Assembly (NCBI GenBank): GCA_051362555.1
Contig: CM120649.1
Span: forward strand, 4,650,001 to 4,714,000
DNA from: Lingula anatina
Taxonomy: Eukaryota > Animalia > Brachiopoda
DNA: 64,000 nt
Direction: 5' to 3'
Shown here: positions 26,932 to 40,015 of the stretch, in pieces
Layout of the letters: each line of letters begins with the position of its first letter
How positions within the stretch are numbered: position 1 is the first letter of the stretch
The notes under the pieces: generated by a model
What the model was told of the DNA's origin: nothing
Database searches by the model: none
The model's input: the letters and a program-made list of their open reading frames with translations, nothing else
Position numbers and translations under genes: made by a program

Positions 26932-28961
26932 CAGAAGAAGAGTTATAATAATAATCAGAAGAAGAGTTATTGTTATAGGCCTACATATAAGCTGTTTTTT
27001 TTTTTTTTTTTTTTAAGAGCGATTTAACTTTTCTCTTTTCTAAAAGAATGCGTTTTACTGAATTAGCCCATATGATCAACATAAAACATTCGCACGTGTT
27101 AAAATTCAAAATAATGTTTTGATTATCTTAAGATATTATTGTTCCATTGCTTTCAAGTCATTTTTTGTACCTTATTATGTTTAGTTTAAAATCCATCGTT
27201 CCTATGTGACGATATAAAAGCGTAAATTGTAACTGTGTTTTCCACCCAAGATTGTGGCAACCTTTGTGCGTTATAATCGATCCTCGATTTACGTTATTAT
27301 TTTTATAATCTAATAATGATCAACACGAAGGGATCGACAAAAGTGTCTAACCTATGCACACTGGAGGATTTGATTCCCAAACAGCACCAACATGAACATC
27401 ACTGACGCAGCCCACGGACACAGAGGTCAAATAGAGGTCACCGGACTGAAGGGCGTATCCAGACTCGCACACGTACAGGATCCGGTCTCCAACAATGGCG
27501 GCCGAAACATTTCCGGTCACGTGATTCTCCGCTGGAATTGTGGGCGAAGCGCATATGGCTAAAAAAATACAATGCAGGCACATTGTGATATCAATATGTT
27601 AAAGGGTACGATAATCCTGACTAGAGCTTACGTTTCTTCTTTTTTGTACTCCACGCACTGACTTTAATAGCAGGCATACCAAACAGTCAAGATACATAAA
27701 TAAATGGATACAGAATTTATTACACATTCACAAAATGAAAAAAATAGATTAATTAATAAAAATAAAAGGTAACAAACAGACAAATAAAATTAAGAAAAAA
27801 CAAACAAATATACAATAAATAAATAAAAATAAACGAGAATAATAATAAAAAAAAATCCATTCACCTATGCACGAGGGCACCGGCTGAGACCACGCGGTGG
27901 AAAGCCCATCCCAAATGCAGTCAGCGACCATCGTGTTCACAAATCCCGGCAACGTGTAATTGGTCTCGCACTCAAACGTGATTCTGTCCCCCATGGAGCC
28001 GGAAAGGTTTGCCATCACCAGGTGGTTCTCTGGTGTTAGTTCTATTGCCGGACAAGGTAGGGCTGGAACGAGAACGTTCAATGGAGTTTGTTAAGAAATA
28101 TTCAGTATGTCATGAGAGTCACGTTAAAAGTGCGTTGCGTTTAAACTCGATGTTAAGGCAAACTTACATTGGGGCTTAAATGTATTACAGAATAATCCAA
28201 ACGATTCCTGGATGTGATTAATTCAGATAACCCAAAGTCTTGCGTCACAGAGCCAAATCATTCGAGATTTCTCGGTATTTTGAGGCGAGGAGTGTCGGAA
28301 ATGTCATACGAGCGATTGCATTGCGGTAACGAGTAAAAATCTAAAAAATATCCATGGCTATTTTTCTAAGTTCTGCTAAGTTCTGTAGAATCACAGTATT
28401 TTGCACAACATCTAAACGTATCCATTTTCATAAGTTTTAGAACAGCGCTAGTACATCAATATACTAGCACACGAACCAATGTAAGAGCACTTTCAGAATA
28501 CCGGACAAACAGATCCGCGGATCAAGTATGGCGACCCACTTACACCTGGTAAGGCACTGAATAGATTCCCCGTGGGGATTACACAACATGCATTCAAATG
28601 GATCGACCAAATTTGATCCGCCAATATGTTTTTTTGTTGTTCTGTGCCGATTTTTCTGTCGACTCATCTGCTACATGTACGGGTACCTACCCACACAAGG
28701 CGTTAAAGAACCAACCCAATCTGCGGACGTGGCACCACTAGCACTGCACGTTATGTTTTGGGTCGTCTCCCCGTTCAGAGCGTAGCCGCCTTCACAGAAC
28801 ACAAAGGCAGACTGACCGACGGTCACTGTACTGCTATCCGGGATCTGGACGTGATGGTCAGCCGTGATTAGGTTGATCAGCGGTGGACACGGCTGGGCTG
28901 GAATTGTTAACATCGATGGTGATGGAACTGATTGGTGAAGGCGGTAGAATTGGTAACAGGT

Positions 28962-29005
<44 letters not shown>

Positions 29006-31323
29006 CAACAAAGGCCAAACAGCAGAGAACCGTATTTTACGATAACACATAGAACGAAGAAGAAAGATAACACTTACATGCACATTAAAGGTAAACTGCG
29101 ATTTTCTTAACTAAGAAAAGGCATTATCAAAACAAGCCAGTGTATAAACTCGCTCATACATACCGTCTTATATTCTATTACATACCTGCACATGACGTCA
29201 GTGAGGTAGACCACCCTGTACTGCTCACCACCCAAGTGCACGTCAACACGAGGGTGTTACTTCCGCTTCCGTATGCGTAACCAGGGTAACACGTACACGT
29301 GACCGTATCTCCCATAGTTCCGTTGATGCCCGTGCAGTTGTAGTTTCCGGCATGGTCGATGGTCAAATCGGGGCATGGTAACCCTGGAAATATGATATGG
29401 ATGGGATAAATATTTTGACAGCTGGTTTTACACATGGGTATGCACATACCGGGGTATTAGCCAATAACAAAAAATATAAAAATATAAAAATACAATAATT
29501 ATAAAAATAAGAAAAGGTAGAAAACTGTCTTTGTTCCTGCATGGAATTAAGGAATTACGTTTCCTAGAACACTCAGATAATAATATAGCCAGACATTGTT
29601 ATGATGAGGTGGTCGTGATAGACCACACACACGAATATAATAATGATATAGGATAAATAAGGAAAAAAATAAGTAGCAATTATGTGTAACATATACCGGG
29701 TACATGTATCAAGAATTGAGTCAGTTCAAAAATATGTCCACTGTACAATGCAACCCATGAGCTTGTGCACAAAAATAATTGCAACTGACCAGGTTGTTTT
29801 TACTAACCATAGCATACTGGTGGCTCCTCAGTCCACGCCATAGCCTCTAGAGTGTAGTTCCAGGTACACAGGTTTGATAAAGTCGTGCTTGAATCCGCCA
29901 TTTCGTAACCATTTTGACAGATGTACGTCACTGTGTCCGTCATGCTACCGGAAGTTGACGTCACTGTCACGTGGTTTTCGACCGGGATGCTGATGCTGGG
30001 ACAAGGTAAAGCTGGGAAACACGAGGTGAACTTTTATTATTGGATAAGAAAATTAATTAAAGTGAAGAATGGATATGGAAAAAAGAACGGTTGATCATGA
30101 ATTTAATTAATAAAAACGGATCATTACATAAATGTTCCGACCAGCATATAATAACGATGGAAACAGATCAGTAGATAAACATTTTTTTTTTTTTTTTGCT
30201 TTTGAATTAGAGAGCATGAAAAAAGTATTTGGATTGATATACGTGTCATTATCACTTAATTGCCTCAGCTTTTTCCGTTGCCCTTAAAGGTTTTTAGTTC
30301 TTGTAAATGCTAAACGAAATATTTGTACTTAGAGTTATGCCTAGTACTCGCATATTTACAGTACACCTTTAGTGAAAGAAGTATCTGGTCTTTTTATGAT
30401 CCATACAATGGTCTATTTCATCTCTCTACGTCTGTTACACGTACATATGCCATGCTAATAAACTCCATCTCTTAAAAATTAAATCATCTACCTTCTTAAC
30501 ACAAACATACATTGTAGTTCTGGTTTTAGAAAGCGGCAAGATCCCAAATCATCCACTTACGTTATTTTACAGACGATGTGGCCGTAGACAGCATTCCGTT
30601 AATTAATAAAACGTCACAGTTTAAAGATACTCACGTAAACACGTAGAGGTTACTGTCGTGGACAACAGTCCGCTGGAAGCGCAGTACACGGACGTTGGAC
30701 CAGACACGTAATAGCCGGGGTCACAGGTGAAGACAACGGTGGTGTTCACAGAACAACAGTTGGTGCCTGTTGAGCACAGTCCGTACGTCGGAGTTGAGTA
30801 CCCTCCAGATATGGCGGTCGGGTGCGAACATACGGTGTCTATAGAATGTACATTAAATGATTAAATATATGCAATATCCGTTACTCATTTGATCAGCAAG
30901 ATGTTTTGTTAAAGAATGGGGTTATTGTTGTCTTTGAAAATTTCATTGTTTATTTCAGTGAGTGGAATTAACTAGATATTCATAGGTAATGTAGATAAAT
31001 GAAATGATTATCTTGCATCAATTATAAATAAATAAATAAATAAATACAGGAATTAAAATGCAGAGCACGCATGGTATTTGAAAACTGGCTAAATAGGGTT
31101 TAGGGAACCTGGTTTCACAGATGGAATAAATGCTGTCGCAGTAGGCCCCCTACATGTACTACTATGAGAAGTGTCGATTTACAGGCTAAGGGTATGGGGA
31201 ATGGCGTTTTCCTGCTTTATACACATGGTCTACATTTACTGTGACATGCAAAGAACTGAATGCACTACAACGTTCTGATACAAAACGCACGCACATACAC
31301 ACACGACCTCATGCGCGCGAGCC

Positions 31324-31359
<36 letters not shown>

Positions 31360-32578
31360 AACACAGTGATTTTATTATAGTTGCCCATATTGAAATTCAA
31401 AACGGGTTTAAGTGTGCTGTGTGTATGAAAGTGCCCTGAGTGTGTTATTATTCAAATACTACGTTTACTGTTTAAGTGTGTACATTTTCATCAACATTCA
31501 GAAGCTGCGTAAGAAATACTCATAGTATCCCTAAGCACAGTCCTTCATAAATATTTGACAAAATAAAATTATAACTGATCAATAGGCCTACCTGGAGGAT
31601 TTCCGAGAGTCCTCTGACACACATATCTGGAAAGTGTTTCACAGCCCTGCCGGGTCCACGATCCAAACCCACTGGGGGTCAAGGCCACTCCCTGACACGT
31701 GCCGACTACGTCACCAGGATTGCCGTCTGTCACTGAAATATTGATTTATATATATTTATATGTAATGCAGTGTCGTCTTCTTTAACCATAAAGTCAAATT
31801 AAAATACCCCACACATACTAGCACGTATTTTTTTATAATATTTAAATCAAGCATATCGGCCGGCCCTACTGTTATGGGCCTTTAAGTAATAATAATAATA
31901 ATAATAAGTTAAACTGAAATTCAGTTTAGACACATTTTTGTAAAGGGCACACCAATGAAATGTGATATTTACCTGTAAAGTTAACGTATTCGCCGTCACT
32001 CCACATGAATTCAGAGAAATCGGACGTCGATCCTCTTGAGTCATTGTAACTTAGTCCCAACCATAACGAGTCTGTCACGCCATTCGCGCTGGAAAAGTTG
32101 TCACAGAGCTAAATTAGCTGGCGTTGAATTATTTTAGAAATTAAACGAAAATGCGACGACTTGTTGGTTTTGATGTTGCGTATTAAATACTTATATTTCT
32201 TGTCATTATCATTTTTTTCTGTCACTTATTAATCATCCCCGATCGATTCGCCTGCTACTGTACCTCGCTGTATTTTACGTCTGTTCCATCGCTTCCTGGG
32301 TTCTTTACTGTCTTATTAGTAACTAATTTACTTATTTTTACATCGTATACTTGTCGATTTTGCGAAAACAAAAATGTTTTCTTTAATTCTTGTGCGTCTG
32401 CTTACAATTTAGAATGAAAAAGATATCTACATGTATCTCTCGATAAATCGCAATTCAAAACACTGGTTTAATATGCAGAAACATCTGATAAGCTCTGTAC
32501 AAAAATTACATAAATATGGATAAAAACGCATGTCCAGAGTACTTAGCATGCTTAAGAATCAATGGTTTTCTAAGTAAG

Positions 32579-32627
<49 letters not shown>

Positions 32628-33449
32628 AAATATGTATAATACTATACTAGACTTACGCGAGATAAAACATCAACGTGAAATGATTGGAACTCTCCTTGAT
32701 GAACATTAAGGTGCTGCACAGGTTCTCGCAGCTCGCTTTGGCTGTCTCATAGTCAGCCGTGGTGTCAGTCGGCGAGATACACATGCCATACGTACTCTCA
32801 AAGGTCGGACAATAGGAGGCGCCACTCTCCGCTGCTACTGCTGTAACCAAGAAAACACGTGTATAAGCAAGCGAATGACAACATTTGTTATAAAAACAGC
32901 AACAATAACGTATTTATTATCATTGCAAAACGTGGCCTTAAATATTTTAGTGTATAAAGGTACAAATAAAACTTTAAAATAAAAATCTTCGAAACTGAAG
33001 ATTGCTCCCCCAGAATCGAAGAAATAAATCTGAAACGGGTGTTTTAGTATTATGTGTAATATTTAACGGGGAATTGCTTTAAATTGAGCCTTGTGCACAT
33101 GTAATAACACCGTCAGTACATGATGAATGCGGAAGTAAAGGTGACACAATTTGCCTGTTAGGCCAAAAACGCGCCTTAAGAAAACATTTATTTGCTTGCG
33201 CGCTTTTTTTCTTCTTTATATTTGATGAAGGGGTAGTATGGGCTCAGAAAGATAATAATAATAATAATAATAATAATAACCTTATACACGTGCATAATGT
33301 GCAAAATGTAGGAATGAATTACTGAATAACAGCAAAAAATCGCTGCTAAGTTTACAATAAAATATTTGGATGTACTTACACGTACTTTGTCTATGTATGT
33401 CCACGGAGTACAAAAAGGCTGTCAGGGTCATCAACAGAATGCGGGCCAT
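7149..33449 (-). CDS. Polycystin-1-like (PKD1L) receptor/channel: signal peptide, C-type lectin, 9 sushi/CCP modules, GAIN/GPS, PLAT/LH2, multi-pass TM region with PKD channel domain; ~36 coding exons, ~2,650 aa
   Basis: Start exon 33449-33380 (MARILLMTLTAFLYSV). CTL exons 32840-32657, 32088-31973 (LWLGL..FMWSDG) and 31732-31592 (SWTRQGC..YVCQR). Nine CCP exons at ~30838-25925. Stalk/GAIN exons at ~25641-20330 (NPYRF). Post-GPS PPNTIDF + TM1 at 19803-19570. PLAT at 19322-18555 (YLLSVYTG, LGKLTHLHIWH). DDHLWFSV..SRVQRLS at 18071-17785. TM exons at 17459-16424 and 12340-12092. Polycystin/channel exons at 11810-8923 (GPLRLRQQRV, YEGGGY, WIDRLTRAVIVEF, FIILNMFISII). Tail exons at 8541-7149. Splice phases are consistent at the junctions checked. 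Internal exon ends are approximate. Confidence 0.9.
10422..10970. mobile_element. Non-autonomous DNA transposon (MITE) with ~108-bp TIRs and 5-bp TSD
   Basis: CAGGCCTAACC..CACCTAAGGATCCTGAATTAACCGG..GATCGCATTTCGGAGTATC (10422-10530) is mirrored at 10862-10970. TGTCT flanks both ends (10417-21 and 10971-75). Confidence 0.88.
12389..13369. mobile_element. Non-autonomous DNA transposon with ~35-bp TIRs
   Basis: AGGCCACACTTTTTTAATTTTATGGATGACATCCT at 12391 and its inverse AGGATGTCATCCATAAAAATAAAAAAGTGTGGCCT ending at 13367. AATAACAAT is duplicated on both flanks (TSD 6-9 bp depending on where the boundary is drawn). Confidence 0.85.
14285..14899 (-). CDS. BEN-domain protein (Pro-rich linker + C-terminal BEN), transposon cargo; probably a 3' exon from ~14801
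   Basis: LSNKEIFEIRQRASSPGNFCVQLMGRLFTIDERIRKDRNVTGADGRDPLCKYRLNYIK...FWKKCISSMNKANRN matches the BEN pattern (NF..L.R.LF..EE....NV.G..G..PL....L..IK...W..C...I...R). The ORF begins with GTG rather than ATG, and there is a candidate acceptor TTTAG at 14802. Confidence 0.78.
   Translation of the reverse strand: MKLAREIVIQLFKLISFDAFKYEEGLWLSLGFRSPPPFPSPCVTPPPPPLFPSLCATPLPLRSTCTTLPPPVTYSVPTLCPTKSRNSSFGRPPLALSNKEIFEIRQRASSPGNFCVQLMGRLFTIDERIRKDRNVTGADGRDPLCKYRLNYIKDMANKMFITETTDKSFWKKCISSMNKANRNIRTYYKNNFNLVNNMYIVKTV
15190..15956 (+). pseudogene. Tc1-type DD34E transposase remnant with a spliceosomal intron
   Basis: KRYKST..IADKPRSGR (HTH/GRPR-like) and a phase-1 intron at 15362-15482 (GTAATT..AG). 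RRKLGW is followed by a jump to NIVVFSG, so the first catalytic D region is missing. FQQDNDSKHTS..WFRTPPESPDLNPIENVW gives D34E spacing. A frameshift near 15897 precedes LKKVIPAVIEREGRASGY*. Confidence 0.88.
20842..20945. repeat. 52-bp tandem duplication in an intron
   Basis: TAACAACAATGGGTTTTTACCATTATAGGACATTTTACCATAATAGCGCATT occurs twice. Confidence 0.9.
25925..30838 (-). repeat. Array of nine single-exon sushi/CCP modules (phase 1-1)
   Basis: Exons of ~200-240 nt near 30.7, 29.9, 29.3, 28.8, 28.0, 27.5, 26.8, 26.4 and 26.0 kb, following the pattern C-P...GD.V.F/Y.C..GY......C.....W....P.C. Confidence 0.85.
31592..32840 (-). other. C-type lectin domain exons of the PKD1L gene
   Basis: CP..YGMC..DYETAKASCE..L..LWLGL..FMWSDG..C..W...C......VCQ spread over three exons. 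Confidence 0.8.
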
Positions 33450-36400
33450 CTGAAATAATGTTTAACAATCCTTGATATTTGTAACGATGTTATACATTGA
33501 CAATAGAAACAGTCTGTTATTATAAACATATTGGGAATGCGACTCTATATGAACAAGGGACGAGAGTTAAGCATAATTTGAATAGGCATTAGACATTTTG
33601 AAAATTTATTATCAATAGTCATAACTAGCCATTCTTACCACCCGATCCAGTCGACTGTTTGTTAAGAATTAGAATTTGTTTAAAACAAACTGCAATTGGC
33701 AGCAGTATTCCAATATTGGCGTTCATAATACATTATAGAATCAATAATCAAATCAAACACTTAATGGTGTGAGATTTTCCAGTGGAATGAACAGAGTCGA
33801 TAATCCTGTCGCACAGAAGGAACTTGTACAAATTAAATATTAAACTATGCTTTTTCTTCACACGCGCGTGTGTACATTGCGAGCACCATTGCTATTCAAT
33901 GTAAACTTCTCAAGGGCAATATAGGTGTCGTTATTCTTTTAACAAGGGTTGTTTCTATTAAAGGACTTCTTGAAGATCTATTCAATTCCTATCCCTTTCA
34001 CTTAGCCCTGAAAACGATACGGGCATGATGGGTTTAAAACGTGTCCACTAGTTTAATCAGCTGTGTGATTCTCAATATTTCCGATGTCAAAGATGTATAA
34101 TGCAAGCACTTTATCCATTGTTATTCCATTCCGGCTTGTTATAAATTCAATGTAATAAATGCATTCCAGTCGTTTTCTGCTGCATTAGCTATAAGAGTCC
34201 GAGTGTTTGTTATTCTAATTGACAGCGGGCTTCGTAGGAGAAAGGATTCCGTAATGTTACCCTATCGACGGCACTTTACGGGTGCCATGCGTTCTCGCAA
34301 ACCACTCAACCCCGTTAAGGATAAAGAGAAAATCAACATTTATATACCTGTATTCGAAATCTTTCTTTTATTTTACTTTTTTTTTTTTGCATCTCTAGAA
34401 CGAGTGGTTAAAAGTTAAAGACTTGCGATTCAAAAAAATTTTTTGAGTATTAAATTTGCGCTTAAGGGAAAGGTAACCGAAATTCCAGGATAATCAATTT
34501 CCCTATTGTCAGGTTTTAAAAAAACAGCTAATACTTTCCAAATAAGCATTTTAGTTGATGGCTTTGAGTTTAGTCAACAAACGTGTACATGTATTACAAA
34601 TGCGCAGGAGCAGGGGAAAGTGGGGGGGGGGGGGAGCACCCCACCCCCGTATATTTTTTCAGCCTCGAGGAGAAGAGATCGAGAGTCTGGAGTCGGTTTT
34701 GCAACCAAACGCAATTTGAACCAAGCGCACTTTGAAACTTGTTTGCTATGACTATAAATCGTGGATTGGAATGGGGATGATGATTATAAACCATAACGGA
34801 TTGCTCCTTGTACATCAATTACTAATGTCTGCAGTGCGTTGTCGGATTGATTCGTGCCATTTCAGCGTGTTGAGCCAAATTCAAATTGACAACATGCATG
34901 CAAATATTTCGCAATAATCTACACAGGGTTTTTACATATAAATGAGCCCATTGGTAACATATCTCGAAAAATTTATCAAAACCCATCCCTAACGTTTTGA
35001 GTGACGCGCAACCAACGGACAAACGTAGGCCAAAACGAAAACTCCTTGAGCATAATATCCTCGGCAAAGCAATGGTCTGTAAACCTGTAGTTAAGATATT
35101 AACTTTACATAACCACTTTTCATTGAATAGTCGAATGAAAAAACCTAAGAAATCCAGCTGTTGTTCACCTTTAAGCAAAATGGTGCTATTCTTTTGCCAC
35201 CCCACTGTACTTTTCATCATATGATACACGTTAGACATTTGCAAAGATAAAAAGAAAAGAATAGCTCAGTGGGGGTGAAGAAATAGATTGCGGCGCCCTG
35301 TAAAATGTGACCAAAATGAAATTCCAAAGATGAAATTCAAAAGAAAGAAAAGAAACAAAATATATTCCCCAAATTAGTGAAAGATAGGACAATCAATTTT
35401 GTTTGATATTCAGTGAAACCAAATGGGCTCACTATGTCGAGGCAAACCCCATCCCACCTAAGGACCACATAATTGACTAATTAAGTTATGTAGCTACAAC
35501 GTACAATGTAGTCTCAGTTTTCCGAACCGTTCCAGTGACTTAGAAGAAAAATGGTTGTAAATTGCAAAGTCACGTTTTCTCTGGTTGCAAATTTTAAGCC
35601 AAATGTTATATTAGATATGCCATAAAAATATTTCATCGCATGCCGAGAAACCAGTCAACCAATGTCAAGTATAAAATTGTTTTGCCGTTAACTCTCCGGC
35701 TCTAAGTTGCTCTTTTTTTAACATTCTAAGTCTAAGCAACTCCTCACTTAAAACTTTCTTCTTATTCACTTATTTTCAATAAAAGTAAGATATGTGATAT
35801 TCACCTTTTCGGAACAATCTCCACCTTTTTCCCTTCTGACGCTCAAAACAGCATTATGATGGGCCCACACCGGAGAGAACAAGAATCGCCCGTCCGTGTA
35901 TTCCTGTCGATGTTTATTAAAGTGCCCCCGCTGATTCCCTCCTATTGGTGACGTCACAAGCGCTTTATTCGATTTACCTTGACACGTTCACAAAACGGAT
36001 ATCGACCTTGTAAACATTTTTCTTAATGAAAAAACGATACAATTTTTTGTGTACCCAAGGCCGGAAATTGATTTTATCGATCACTGAGAATAACGTTAAC
36101 TGGTAACCATTGGCAAAATCAATCGACGACGAAGACAGTGCTAGGGTTGGAAAATCTGAAGCACCTGAGAACACTTCTCTCAACTATAACAGTTAAGGAT
36201 AAATCATGATACGTTTGCTTATTTTCTAATGTGGTTTGATGTTCAGTGTACGGACGCTTAGGAAGCAAGGTTTAAGGGGTTTGTCGTTAAATAAAAAACG
36301 ACGGCCAGGGGAGGGGGAGGTCGGTGGGGGAGAGACCCATGTATAATTCACAAAGTAAACTTGCGTTATCGTATTTTCTATAAGTTTACTAAGTGTTAAA

Positions 36401-37544
36401 GTTAAACTTTTTACAATAAACTTCGTCAATCTTTCTTATTTATTTTCTCTGATTATTCATTTGTGTGATTAGTTGTGCATTCGGGACACAAGGTTGCTTT
36501 TGCTGTCATATTTTTTTACTTCGATTAAGCAAACATCGGTCAGGGAGGTTACAAATATATGTACAGTCCAAGGTCCTCTTTATACCTGTCGCGCAATCGA
36601 TTATGTTTGAGTAATTTTCACAATCGAATAATTAAAATTACTTCGATTTCTTTTTGTTTCGCCGTGCAGTCTAGTTTTTTCGCTTTGTCAAGTACCTTGG
36701 TCTACTTTTTACCTGGTGGCCGATTTAGTGGGACACTGCCATATGTAAAGGCTATTTTTTATCCTAGAGATATCGTTTTTAGAATACTGTTTCGACAACA
36801 CGTGTGCTTCCACATGGATATCAAGGCCAGAAGTCAAAATATGTTTTAGAATTGCATTAATACCCTGCATTTTGAAGTCTTACGAAGGAAAAAATATTTT
36901 AAGAAGTGGCTTCACAGTTTTGAGATATTGCTTACCGAAAATGCAGTAGATCCGATTCTAAATTACTGTCTGTACCCATTCACATGTATGAATACCAAAC
37001 TTCAAAATTGTGATTTTTGGATATGTGATTATCTACCAGATTGCAACTGTTGAGCGCGTAGTTGACACAACCGCATTTTGTCGATGTTCATGGAATTTTT
37101 ATTGACCCGCAGCCAGAAAACGATGGTGTCGCCATCTAGCGTATTCTTATAATGATACATCGGATATAAATATATTGGGGTTTTGGCTTCAGTAGTATGA
37201 TATAATTAGCCTGAAAACACTGGATATTTCTATACCGTAGTCTTCCAGTATCAACACAATGGAAAAAACATCTCAGTTTCTATTTCGTAATTATAGTCCT
37301 TGTTACAAGTTACCTCATTACACAATACTCACTGAAGAGGTAATCATAAAAACTTTCTGCTTGTAATTCAAGCTATTTTGCCTATATACAGACGAGTGAG
37401 TTATTGATGAATTTGTGCTATTCTAATTATATTATTGATACTTGTACTGTAATGCATATTAGAGAAATGTAACTGCCAGCGTGACCTAGCTTGAATCAGA
37501 GCAAGCAATTTATTGAATACGTTTGCAATGGGATATCTGCAGGT

Positions 37545-37589
<45 letters not shown>

Positions 37590-39466
37590 GGGGGGGGGGG
37601 AAGAGCTTTTTTTTTGCCCAATTGACTATTATAAGACTTTTTATGTAAATGTAATATCTAAATTGAATCTAATGTAGTGCTACAGCTGTCCTTCCCATGA
37701 AAACAATACAAACTCGCATATAAGCAAGTGGTTCTTTTGTGTTTTAATCAAGGTTAATACTGTATATCTACAGGGGGTCTATAATGAACTCAGAGTGGTA
37801 CATGTGTTGGTTTTTTCAAGAAGTTATAATGAGACTTCTTGGTTTTTTCAAGTGATATTGTCACTTTTGTCGATTGGCAGGTGTTCATGAATGTCGACAG
37901 TATAACAACCGTTGCTTGCCCATGGTATGATATGCTGTCTACAGGGTGTGCACACCGCTCCTTTTGTAGCCTAGATTACGTAGGATTATTGCGAATGCAA
38001 CAAAGCATCAACTTGTTTATTTTTGGTGAAGTAACGGGACAAATTCTCGAGAAACGTATTGTGCTTGAATTTGACAATTTTACTTTGAAAATGTATGTAT
38101 TCTCAAATACAGCAATGTGCAATGCAGAGGCCAAGTGTTTATATGTGACTACATCAAATTACAATATCATTCTATCCTTTCCTGATTGCAAAGGACCCAA
38201 CGGGGTGAGGGTTGCAATCACTGCACTGCAGAGCATTTTAAGCAATTAGTGTTTGACCCTAACTGTAGCAGGGCAAGGAAATTGCGGCTCAAGCTGAAAG
38301 CTGAGACATCAATTTCACTGAGCCTTATACTAAATGCGAGTGCACCCGAACGCTTGAAGAAATCCCTAGAACTCCAGCCGCAGCAATAAAAAGGAAACTT
38401 TTGAATCCGGAAAAGCTGAGGTATAGATTAGTTTTATCGATTAAGTTTTCATGCGAGGAGTCAAGGGATGTCAAATTAGTCTTTATACCGAAGATGAAGA
38501 GCTACTCTTAAATTTGATATTCAGCTTGATATCAGTGATGCATTATGCAATTTATTGGAGTTACTTGACATGGCGCTTTATTAAATCTGCATACGTTTTT
38601 AGAGATTAAATCTGACAGTAAAGCCCCAATAGGTCTTTCAATGAGAAGAACATGTACCTGTCTATATTAAGTCTGATTTCCCTGGTTTATTGAGCTGATT
38701 GTAGGCCATCAAGACTTGATTGCAAAATTGCCTGTAACATATACATGAAAGGGATGTCTACTAGTTTTATTGGAATATGATTACTGGCTTGAATCATCAG
38801 AAAATTGAATTGTTAGAAAGTTGAGATTTTCTTGGAATATTTACCTTTACAGAATGTGTTTTATGGATTTTGGAATTGAGTGGTATTTTACCATCCAATA
38901 TTTCCAGCACAATTTTCAGCATGATTGCCCGACCTCAAATAGCAATAATAATTTAATAAAAGTCATTTCTATCTTTTTTTATTTGGCTTTTGGGTGAAAA
39001 TAACTTATAAGTTCATATGGTGAATTTTATTCGCAAGTAAGATTTGCTGTAAAACGTTTTCCAATTTTTCTATTAATATGGTTTCGGTGAAACTACTTTA
39101 AATTGGCCACAGGTTGCGTGAAGTTATATGTTTACCTCTCACTTCTGCAATGACTACAGTGCTATATAAGAGTAAATACGGATTCTCCATCTTTTCTCAA
39201 TTTCATACAATCATCCAATATGGATATCTTGCAGTGATATCTGTCTTTGTACGAATCCTAAAGAAATAATTATCAGTTAATAAGATGCTTTGTTTCCCTA
39301 AATGTCCCTTTTAGAACTTAACATGTGGAAAAGTTTAATGCGCTGGAACTAAATATAAATCTGTGTCACGAAAGGCACCGTAGTTGTATAAATTATATTT
39401 TGCAGATTTTGTTTCGTCCCCGTTTCCAGGATCACGTGGCATGGATCACGTGGTATGGGTCACGTG

Positions 39467-40015
39467 CTATCCAGACATACAGACGAAGGAGTCTCCCCAG
39501 CATTCACAAATAGAGCTCGGGTCATGTGGGCTCTTCCAAACTTCACCGTCTTTGCATTCTGAAAAAAAAAGTAAAATAAAATAAAAAATTAAGACATCAA
39601 TGAAGCGTCTTTTCCCTTAAAAATAAAGAAGGTATAAATAGTAAATTGCCCCCCCCCCCCCTTCATGAATGAGACTTCACTATTTTTCCAAAAAAGACAA
39701 AAAATAATCATTTTAGTTTGGGTACAGAGTATTTTTCATGTTTCGTAATTAGGCCAAGTACTTATATTATACCTAAACAGCCTTTCATATCTTGTTAAAT
39801 TGGACAATTTTAAAATTAAACACAATGTGATGGTATGACGATGTGCTTGATTTTGTTCTGTACAATATATCAAGAAACTTTTTGAACTTACTTCGTCCTC
39901 TCACTTCCTTCATGGACGTTGCATGGGACAAATCGAGTGCTTCCGTGGAAGAATCCCTGTCCATGAACAGTGTAATATACACCAATAGGAGAAAAACAAA
40001 GCACTTCGAATGCAT
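39467..40015 (-). CDS. 71-aa secreted Cys-peptide precursor (signal + propeptide + RGRK + 4-Cys mature peptide)
   Basis: Exons 40015-39892 (donor GTAAGT) and 39558-39467 (T-tract CAG acceptor), phase 1. Translation: MHSKCFVFLLLVYITLFMDRDSSTEA-LDLSHATSMKEVRGRK-CKDGEVWKSPHDPSSICECWGDSFVCMSG*. Confidence 0.78.

Noticed and set aside
34300-39300. Possible decayed transposon or coding remnants (ORFs at 34822, 37839 and 38186)
   Set aside because: No paired TIR/TSD or catalytic motif could be established by eye; this needs RepeatMasker or tBLASTn.
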